A DNA stretch of 64,000 bases, taken from assembly GCA_038870455.1 (NCBI GenBank), contig JAWCPB010000002.1, forward strand, positions 12,452-76,451, written 5' to 3'. The notes under the pieces were generated by a model. That model saw only the letters and a list, made by a program, of their open reading frames with translations, searched no databases and had not been told where the DNA came from. Each line of letters starts with the position of its first letter. The stretch's first letter is position 1. Source of the DNA: Candidatus Micrarchaeia archaeon. GTDB lineage: Archaea; Micrarchaeota; Micrarchaeia; Burarchaeales; JACRGF01. The translations under genes and the position numbers were made by a program. Below are positions 57,093 to 64,000 of this stretch, one piece after another.

Positions 57093-59999
57093 ATGGCGAC
57101 CTATGGCATGACCCTGCGCGTGTTTTTTGTGAGCTTGCTTCTCCACTTAGCTGCGGCTGCGGAAGTCGCTTTCAACTATACCGAGGAGGTGCCCGGCTTT
57201 GCGCTCTATTCGTCGTGCTCCCCGCGCAGCATGGGTTCCTATCCCTGCTCCTATTTGGACAATGCGGTGAAGGTCTTCACTTCGGGCAGAGTGTGTTCTA
57301 AGGATGTGTACGACAACATCTTCCTCGTGACCAGGCCAGCCTTCACCTTCACCCTCCCATCGCCTGCTGATGGCACGATATCGCTCTCCATCCTCGAATG
57401 CTATTACGGGATTCCAAAAGTTACCGTTTCGATAAACGGCAGGTGTGCGGCCGACATTCAGAATTCCTGTTACCACAAATGCGCGGGTGGCCAGCACGGG
57501 AAAAGCGTCTCCTTCCCTGCGAGCTGCTTCAATGCCGGTGCCAACACCCTGTCCATAACCGGGGAGAGCGGCGCTTTCCTGGCTCAAGGGAGCGGCGGTT
57601 GCCCAGCTCTCTCCTGCAGGTCAGTCCCGCTGTATGCTCGCATGAGCTTTTCCCCCACAACAGCGCTCGCGCAGGCTTGGGCCTCATTCGAGCTGCTGGC
57701 GGATAGCGTGCGCTACACCCTGCCCTTGCTCGGCAGCTCGAACGCAAGCGTGCTGCGCGTCAGCCTGCCCGCGCGCGCTAGCAACGTCTCATGCGGCAAC
57801 TGCTCGCTTGAGAACGGCGTGCTGCGCGTGGCCGGCGCCTCCAACGTCTCCTACCTCACTCCAGCCATCGCCCTCACACCCTCCCTCCTCGACGGCCACC
57901 CGCGCGACGCCTACTTTCCGGGGGAGATGGCGCGCGTTCTCGCCAGCGCGAGCATAAACGGCACCGCGTCCGCCGGCATCACCATCTCGGAGACAAACGG
58001 CTCGTCCTCCTGCCTAACAGCAGACAACGGCTCCTGCGTCCTCGAACTGCCGATTGCTGACAGCGAGCCTCTCGGCCTCAAGACGCTCTTGCTGAGCGCG
58101 TTTGAATCCCCGTTGGGAAGCAGGGGGGCAGCCAGCGTGGCCATACTCATTGAAGCCAACACTACCGACATGCAGAACGCTGAGGGGATTGAAGAGAACA
58201 CGCTCACGGTCTTCTTTACTGCGATAAACAACAAGCACACGCCCTTCAGTGGCACGATAAGTTATTCCCTGCCCGCCGACTTCGACGGCTCGCTCGAGGC
58301 CGAGGCCGGCGGCTCTCCTGTCCCGGTCTCGCTGAACGGCTCGCTGGCAGCCTTCAACGCCTCGTGCCCCGAGTACGCCAACTGTTCCTTTTCCCTGCGC
58401 TTCAGGGTAAAAGGCATTGACAAAGCCCTGCTGGAAGAGCTTCTGCCTGAAGAGGCGCGCGTGGGCCAGCCGCTGCGCGCCACCCTCAAATTCATTTTCA
58501 ACAACACCAATCCCGTCAGGAGGATCAGGCAGACCTTCGCGAACGCGAGCGAGGGCGCGTGGATTCTGGATGCGGCCTTCGGGGTTGTCGAGCTCGAGCC
58601 AAACGCCTCCTCGCTTCTCTCCGCTAACGCCTCGATGCCGGGCCCGAGCGAGTGCGCGGCCCCGGCCTTTTCCGCGCCGTCCCAGACTCGCAGGGAGCTG
58701 CGCGCGTGCATCCGCGTGCCTGAGAACAACCTCACCCCGAGCCTGCGCATCCGCTATGCTTTCGCCAAAGACCTCTTGGCGGACTGGGCGAGCGCGGTGG
58801 GCGGAAGCGCCGGAGTGGCCATCGACGGAAGTAGCCGGGATGTGGCGTGGTCTGAAAACGCGAGCGCGATTGAAATCGTTGTGGGGACAAACCACACGAA
58901 CTCCTCGCTTCACGAGGGCGACCACCGGGTTGTTTTCTACTACGACGTTCCGGCCCCGCCCGCGGGAGGCGGCGGTGGTGGCGGAGGCAGCGGGGGAGGC
59001 GGCTCTTACTACGGCTCGGACAGCGGCTCCGGCGACTCAGGCTCTTACTACTCCAGCCCCCCTCCCAGCACTTTCATTCCAGAGACCACGCCCCAAGCGG
59101 CGCCAACGCAATCTCAGCTCGCAGAGCCGGATGCGACGCCTGCGGGCGGTGAGCAGTCGACGCCCCAAGCGGCGCCAACGCAATCTCAGCTCGCAGAGCC
59201 GGATGCGACGCCTGCTGGCGGTGTGCAGTCGAATCAATCGCAAGCGTCCGAGGGCGGGCCTGCTGTCGAGCTGTTCTTTCCAGCAACCGCGCTCATCAAC
59301 GAGCCGGTTTCGATTGCCGTGCTGAGGCAAGGCGCTCCTGTCGGAGGATGGCTGTCGATAACCTCGCCGGCCGGAAGGGTTTTCGTCAAGCAGCTGTCGG
59401 GCGGCCGTGTCTCGTTCGTTTTTGACGAGGTTGGTGATTGGAGCGTTTCCTACGGCAACGTCTCGAAGGCGATAAGCGTGGCCGAGCCAGAGGATGCCCT
59501 GTCCCAGGCAACGAAGCCGCTCTCGAACACGCTGTCCCAGCGGTTCTCGCTGCCGGACTATGCCTGGATTCTCGCGCTCGCCCTGCTGCTGCCTCTTCCG
59601 GTGCTCGCGCTGCTGATTTACGCTGTGGCTTTCAAGCCCAGGCTCGAGCTCGTCAAGAGCGTTGAGGGCGATACAGTGAGGCTGCGGCTCGAGAACGCCG
59701 GCCTAGAGCTGTGGAACGCCGCGCTGCTCGACATCGTCCAGGAGGGCGAGCTTCTTGACGCCGGTGAGGCGAAAGTCTCTGACACGATTTTCGGCAGGGT
59801 GCTGCGGTGGGAGCGCGGCATCGTGCGGGCCGGCGAGGGCTGGGAGGTCTCCTACCGCATTAGCGGGGTGGCGAATCACGCGGCCGCCGAGCTCAACGCG
59901 AGGACGGAAAAGGGGGAAATAAAACTTAAGAGCCGCCTCGCCCATGTGGCCACCAAGCCGGGCTCAGGCGCGCCAGCGCCCGCATCGCAATCTATTTAA
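57093..59999 (+). CDS. large secreted/membrane-anchored surface protein
   Basis: Signal peptide, Cys-rich N-domain, many N-x-S/T sequons, poly-Gly linker, TM near the C-terminus. Confidence 0.8.
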   Translation: MATYGMTLRVFFVSLLLHLAAAAEVAFNYTEEVPGFALYSSCSPRSMGSYPCSYLDNAVKVFTSGRVCSKDVYDNIFLVTRPAFTFTLPSPADGTISLSILECYYGIPKVTVSINGRCAADIQNSCYHKCAGGQHGKSVSFPASCFNAGANTLSITGESGAFLAQGSGGCPALSCRSVPLYARMSFSPTTALAQAWASFELLADSVRYTLPLLGSSNASVLRVSLPARASNVSCGNCSLENGVLRVAGASNVSYLTPAIALTPSLLDGHPRDAYFPGEMARVLASASINGTASAGITISETNGSSSCLTADNGSCVLELPIADSEPLGLKTLLLSAFESPLGSRGAASVAILIEANTTDMQNAEGIEENTLTVFFTAINNKHTPFSGTISYSLPADFDGSLEAEAGGSPVPVSLNGSLAAFNASCPEYANCSFSLRFRVKGIDKALLEELLPEEARVGQPLRATLKFIFNNTNPVRRIRQTFANASEGAWILDAAFGVVELEPNASSLLSANASMPGPSECAAPAFSAPSQTRRELRACIRVPENNLTPSLRIRYAFAKDLLADWASAVGGSAGVAIDGSSRDVAWSENASAIEIVVGTNHTNSSLHEGDHRVVFYYDVPAPPAGGGGGGGGSGGGGSYYGSDSGSGDSGSYYSSPPPSTFIPETTPQAAPTQSQLAEPDATPAGGEQSTPQAAPTQSQLAEPDATPAGGVQSNQSQASEGGPAVELFFPATALINEPVSIAVLRQGAPVGGWLSITSPAGRVFVKQLSGGRVSFVFDEVGDWSVSYGNVSKAISVAEPEDALSQATKPLSNTLSQRFSLPDYAWILALALLLPLPVLALLIYAVAFKPRLELVKSVEGDTVRLRLENAGLELWNAALLDIVQEGELLDAGEAKVSDTIFGRVLRWERGIVRAGEGWEVSYRISGVANHAAAELNARTEKGEIKLKSRLAHVATKPGSGAPAPASQSI
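59088..59231 (+). repeat. 72-bp tandem duplication (24 aa linker repeat)
   Basis: 59088-59159 and 59160-59231 nearly identical (TPQAAPTQSQLAEPDATPAGG[E/V]QS). Confidence 0.95.
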
Positions 60000-60021
60000 C
60001 CCGCGCCGCTGTTTTTTCTGC

Positions 60022-60528
60022 ATGCGCTTTCTTTTACTGCTCGCGCTGGTCTTCCTGCTCGGCTGCGCGGGCGGGGGCCCGCAGCCCGACGTCCTTGCGC
60101 GTGCGTCCTCGCTCGCGGATGGCACGAGGGATGCGGCTTTCCTCCAGCGGTTCGACAGGCTTTATGCCAGAGCCGCGAACTGTTCGGCTGACGAGCTCGC
60201 CGCGCTTCCCCTGCCGGCCGGGGCGAACCGCTCTTTCATCTCCGGCCAGATTCAGGCCATCAACGCGTGCGGGCAGAGGCTTGAAAAGAGCGTGAGGCCG
60301 CTGGGCACCGACTCCGCGCTCGTCACCTACTCCTTCTCCTACAGGAACCCCTCGTGCGGCGCGCCGTACGAGGCGCTGCGCGTGAGCTTCAACGCCACAA
60401 CCGGCGCGCTGTCGAGCGCGTGGGTGGACGTCAGCCTCACGCGAGGCGACCTCAACAGGCTTTCGAGCCTGCTCGCGCAGGCAGAGGCCGCCGGGGACTG
60501 CGGCCTGGCGCTGTTCTTCTTTGCTTGA
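60022..60528 (+). CDS. putative lipoprotein
   Basis: MRFLLLLALVFLLGC lipobox-like. Confidence 0.7.
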   Translation: MRFLLLLALVFLLGCAGGGPQPDVLARASSLADGTRDAAFLQRFDRLYARAANCSADELAALPLPAGANRSFISGQIQAINACGQRLEKSVRPLGTDSALVTYSFSYRNPSCGAPYEALRVSFNATTGALSSAWVDVSLTRGDLNRLSSLLAQAEAAGDCGLALFFFA

Positions 60529-60537
60529 GTTGGTCGC

Positions 60538-61737
60538 ATGCTCTGGTGCATCAAACACGCGCCCACGCTTGAAGAGTTCGCCGGAAACCGCGAGGCAGTC
60601 GAGGCGGCGAGAAAATGGGCGCTGGGCTGGAAGAGGAGCCAGCGGGCGAGGCCGCTTCTCTTCCACGGGCCGGCAGGGTGCGGGAAGACCGCGCTCGCGC
60701 ACGCGCTGGCAGCGGCCATGGGCTGGGAAGTGCTTGAGCTGAACGCCAGCGACCTTCGGACGAGAGAGCAGATTGAGAAGAGGGCTGGCTTGGCCGGCGC
60801 GGCCGGCACGCTCGCCGCGTCGGAGCGCCTCATCCTCATCGACGAGATCGACGGCTTGCAGAGCGCGGACAGGGGAGGGGCGGCCGCCGCGCTCGCCCTC
60901 GCCAACACCGCGCGCCATCCCGTCGTCTTCGCCGCAAACGACTTGTGGAGCCCGGTGCTCTCCCACCTGAGGACCGCCTGCACCGAAATAGAATTCAAGC
61001 GGGTGAATGCGGCCGACATCACCAGGGCGCTCAAGCGCATTGCCGAAAAAGAGGGTGCCGAGGTCAGCGCGGACGTCATCGCTTCCATAGCGCGCGAGGC
61101 CGGCGGCGACCTGCGCGCCGCCATCAACGACCTGCAGGCCGCGTGCGAGGGAGGCGCGCCCTCGGCCGCCCCTCTCGGCCAGCGGGACAGGGAAAAGAAG
61201 GTGTTCGGCGCGCTGCGCGAGCTTTTCAAGAGCACTTCGTTCGCCGAAGCGCGCCGGGCGGCTGACGGGCTGGACATCGACCACGACCTTTTCAAGAAGT
61301 GGGTCGAGGAGAACATTCCTGTCGAGTACGAGGACGCCGGCGACGTGGCGCGCGCGCTCGACCGCCTTTCGCGCGCCGACGTTTTCGACGGGAGGATCAT
61401 CCGCAGGCAGCACTGGGGCTTCCTGCGCTATTCGAACGACCTGCTCACGGCCGGCGTGGCGCTCGCCAAGAGCAGGCCCTACCACAAGTTCGCGGCCTAC
61501 TCTTTTCCGCGCTTCATCCGCGCGCTGTCTGCGAGCAAGCGCGAGCGGAGCCTGGCCAAGCGCGTTGGGCTGAAGGTGGCGCGCGCCCTCCACTGCTCCT
61601 CCAAGGACGCAGCCGAGTATTTCCCGCTGCTTCGCGCGCTGGCCGGAAAAAAAGGGACCGCCGCGGTCGCCGCGCTCTTCGGCCTTGACGAGGAAGAGGC
61701 AGCATTTTTCGCCGAAGAAAAGAGGAGGAGAAAATGA
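60538..61737 (+). CDS. rfcL: replication factor C large subunit
   Basis: W..K..P, GPAGCGKT, ELNASD.R, IDEIDG, GDLRAAINDLQ, W.EEN, LSRAD. Confidence 0.93.
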   Translation: MLWCIKHAPTLEEFAGNREAVEAARKWALGWKRSQRARPLLFHGPAGCGKTALAHALAAAMGWEVLELNASDLRTREQIEKRAGLAGAAGTLAASERLILIDEIDGLQSADRGGAAAALALANTARHPVVFAANDLWSPVLSHLRTACTEIEFKRVNAADITRALKRIAEKEGAEVSADVIASIAREAGGDLRAAINDLQAACEGGAPSAAPLGQRDREKKVFGALRELFKSTSFAEARRAADGLDIDHDLFKKWVEENIPVEYEDAGDVARALDRLSRADVFDGRIIRRQHWGFLRYSNDLLTAGVALAKSRPYHKFAAYSFPRFIRALSASKRERSLAKRVGLKVARALHCSSKDAAEYFPLLRALAGKKGTAAVAALFGLDEEEAAFFAEEKRRRK

Positions 61738-62132
61738 GGCCGGCCACGGCCGATGCCGTCGTCATCCACGCGGGAAGCGTGCTGCTGGTGCGCAGGGCGC
61801 GCCCTCCTTTCGCCGGGCGGTGGGCGCTGCCGGGCGGCTTCGTTGACGAGGGCGAAACCGCCGAGCAGGCGGCCGCCAGGGAGTGCCTTGAAGAGACGGG
61901 CGTGAGGGTCAGGGCAGCGCGCCTCATCGGAGTGTACTCCTCCCCGGCGCGCGACCCGAGGAAGACCGTCACTGCGGCCTTTCTCTGCAGGCCCGCCGGG
62001 CCGCTCGAGCCCAGGGGAGGGGACGACGCTGCCGCCGCGAGATGGTTTCCGCTCGTCCGCCTTCCGCCGCTCGCTTTCGACCACCGCGAGATACTCGCCG
62101 ACGCAATAAGGCTGTCTCGGAAACGACGATAG
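61734..62132 (+). CDS. NUDIX hydrolase
   Basis: GG..DEGE..EQAAARECLEETG, RDPR, LAFDH. Confidence 0.93.
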   Translation: MRPATADAVVIHAGSVLLVRRARPPFAGRWALPGGFVDEGETAEQAAARECLEETGVRVRAARLIGVYSSPARDPRKTVTAAFLCRPAGPLEPRGGDDAAAARWFPLVRLPPLAFDHREILADAIRLSRKRR

Positions 62133-62145
62133 CTTCCTCCCACCC

Positions 62146-62255
62146 GGAAGGAAAGTCACGCAGCCCTCCTCGGAAATTTTTTGCCAGCGTCGGAAGCGAA
62201 AAGGGCGCGACAAAAGCCTTAAAAAAAAATTGCGGGCTGCCGGAACTTTCTTTCC
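62146..62255. other. long imperfect intergenic inverted repeat/hairpin
   Basis: Nested complementary segments GGAAGGAAAGT/ACTTTCTTTCC, GCAGCCC/GGGCTGC, AATTTTTT/AAAAAATT, GTCG/CGAC. Confidence 0.6.
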
Positions 62256-62381
62256 TGAAAAAAAAGGCCGCGCGCGCCCGCCCGGTTTTTTTTTACGACG
62301 GAACCGGACAAGTTTTAAATAAGTTGTTTTTCCACCCATTCCCGCGCGTGTGGGAGCGCGCTTTTTTGAGGCGAGGAGGTT

Positions 62382-62621
62382 ATGGCCGTACTTCCGCGAG
62401 TGGAGCTGGAGAGGATAATCAGGAGGGCGGGCGCGGACAGAGTGGGCCTCGACGCGCCCGACGCCATGGCCGAGATTCTCGAGGACAAGGCGATAGCGAT
62501 TGTCGAGCGCGCGCTCGCCATAGCCAGGCACGCGAGGGGAAACGGCAGGAAAAAAAACGGGAAGAGGCGCCGTACCCCGCTCGTTCTAAAGAAGGAAGAC
62601 ATCCTTCTCGCGGTCTCGTGA
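62382..62621 (+). CDS. archaeal histone variant with basic loop insertion
   Basis: LP...LERIIRRAGADRV...ARHA-RGNGRKKNGKRRRTP-LVLKKEDI; strong GAGGAGGT RBS. Confidence 0.85.
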   Translation: MAVLPRVELERIIRRAGADRVGLDAPDAMAEILEDKAIAIVERALAIARHARGNGRKKNGKRRRTPLVLKKEDILLAVS

Positions 62622-62674
62622 AGCCCGCGCCCCAAAACCCGCATTTTTTAAATCAGTAATCCAATCTCATTCCC

Positions 62675-64000
62675 GTGCCAGGGGAAAAGCTCGCCGAGGG
62701 GGTGAAGGCGGCCGAGGCCAAGGCAAAGCCGCAGCCCAAGCCGCCCGAGCCCAGGCCGCGCTCGCTGAGGGGGGAGAAGCTCAAGGCTCTGCTGCTGAGC
62801 CTGCAACAGAACGAGTCACTGCTTGCGGCGCTGCTCGTGGCCGCGGGCGCGCTGTTTCTGTTCCTCGCGTTCAGGTTCTACCCCATTTACGTAGTTCCGC
62901 TGCTCGTGCTCGGCGTTTTCGCCGTCGCCTACCGCACGCCTCCCTTCGGCACGATTGCGGGCGTGCTGCTCGCCTTTCCGGCCGTGCTGCACCAGTCGCC
63001 CGTCCTCGCGTGGTTCTTCCTGCTCATCGTCACCGCCACGCTGTTCGAGGCCTTTGCCTACTGGTACATCATCGCGTTCCTCGAGATCGTCGTGCTCGCG
63101 CCCTTCGCCCCGGAGCCCGTGCGCCCGGTGGGCGGCGTCGTCATCCCGCTGCTGACGCTCGCCGCGCTCATGCTCGGCAGCAGGCGCAGCACGCTCATGA
63201 CCCTTCCCTGCGTCTTCCTCATCCTCCTCCTATCTGCCCTGTGGCAGACGCCAAACGGCGCGTTCATGCCGCTCAAGGGCCCCGCGGGCGTTTACGCCAG
63301 CGCGCCCTACCTGCAGCCGGGCGCTCCCGAGGTCGGGCTGTTCGAAGTCGTCCCATCGATGACGGCGGGCTTTTCCGCCCTGCTCGGCGGCGACACAGTC
63401 AGGAACATGAACGAGGGCATCGGCCTCATGGCCGGCGCCACGCTGCAGCTCTTGTTTGCGGACTCTGGCCTCATCCAGATTCTCGCCTGGACTCTCATCG
63501 TGTATGCGGTCGGGTTCGTGCCCGGAGCGATCCGCCACCGCTACGAGCAGACCATCGCCAGCGCGGTGTTCGTCCTGGTCATTCCCGCGTATTACCTCGC
63601 CGCTGTGGTCAGCGAGGCGGCCTTCGACCCGCTCATCCTCCTCTTCGTTGGCTTGAACACCGGCTTCCTCCTCCTCCTCGACCGCTTCGGCATCTACGTC
63701 GCTGGCGAGGAACGCGTGCGGACCGAGGAGCGCATGGCCAAGTTCGGAAAGTTCGGCATACAGGACCTGAGCCTCAGCGCAGGCGTCAGCGGCCTGGCCG
63801 ACATCGGCGGCTACGAGGATGTCAAAAAGGAGCTCTACGAGGCTATCGTGTGGCCGCTCAGGCAGAAGGAGCTGGCCATCGCCTACGGCATAAGGCCGCC
63901 CACGGGCGTGCTGCTGTTCGGCCCTCCTGGAACGGGCAAGACCATGCTCATGCGCGGCCTCGCCAAGGAGCTCGGCTTCGGCGTGTATTACGTCAAGTGC
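62675..64000 (+). CDS. polytopic membrane protein fused to a CDC48-like AAA domain (3' truncated)
   Basis: Open frame from GTG 62675 with ~9-10 hydrophobic segments, then DIGGYEDVKKELYEAIVWPL...[13 protein letters not shown]. Confidence 0.8.
   Translation, partial: MPGEKLAEGVKAAEAKAKPQPKPPEPRPRSLRGEKLKALLLSLQQNESLLAALLVAAGALFLFLAFRFYPIYVVPLLVLGVFAVAYRTPPFGTIAGVLLAFPAVLHQSPVLAWFFLLIVTATLFEAFAYWYIIAFLEIVVLAPFAPEPVRPVGGVVIPLLTLAALMLGSRRSTLMTLPCVFLILLLSALWQTPNGAFMPLKGPAGVYASAPYLQPGAPEVGLFEVVPSMTAGFSALLGGDTVRNMNEGIGLMAGATLQLLFADSGLIQILAWTLIVYAVGFVPGAIRHRYEQTIASAVFVLVIPAYYLAAVVSEAAFDPLILLFVGLNTGFLLLLDRFGIYVAGEERVRTEERMAKFGKFGIQDLSLSAGVSGLADIGGYEDVKKELYEAIVWPLRQKELAIAYGIRPPTGVLLFGPPGTGKTMLMRGLAKELGFGVYYVKC

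Noticed and set aside
59088-59231. CRISPR array
   Set aside because: Two in-frame coding copies with no spacers
62146-62255. RNase P or SRP RNA
   Set aside because: GGAAAGTC resembles the RNase P CR-I, but the region is too short and A/U-tract rich and other conserved elements are absent

Overview
High-GC archaeal chromosomal segment, very gene-dense with many coupled stop/start overlaps. Evidence for Archaea: histones, RFC-L, Hef, CDC48, class III signal peptide pilins and an intron-containing tRNA-Cys. Tandem-Lrp regulators and 'QAAMEYL.SYGW' pilins suggest a DPANN lineage such as Micrarchaeota, but that is an inference. No CRISPR array, rRNA or transposase was seen. Highlights: (1) a tightly coupled E1(ThiF)-TusA-FeS protein-cysS-AmmeMemo radical SAM-tRNA-Cys(GCA, BHB intron) run, with a THUMP-less ThiI nearby, which is a candidate sulfur-relay/tRNA-modification system; (2) coupled [FeFe]-hydrogenase maturases hydE-hydG in an archaeon, with no hydF/hydA in the window; (3) an ~8 kb methanopterin/modified-folate-type cluster (mptA, PTPS-III-type queD-like, mptE, DHPS-like, RFAP synthase, DUF447, DUF1464, AIR-synthase-like); (4) three different histone-fold genes; (5) a frameshifted stand-alone GatE GAD-like gene; (6) a probably non-catalytic EndA coupled to an 8xCxxC zinc-finger protein; (7) a polytopic membrane AAA ATPase; (8) a PadR/ino1 tandem operator and a long intergenic hairpin. 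All family calls come from motif recognition by eye, not database searches.
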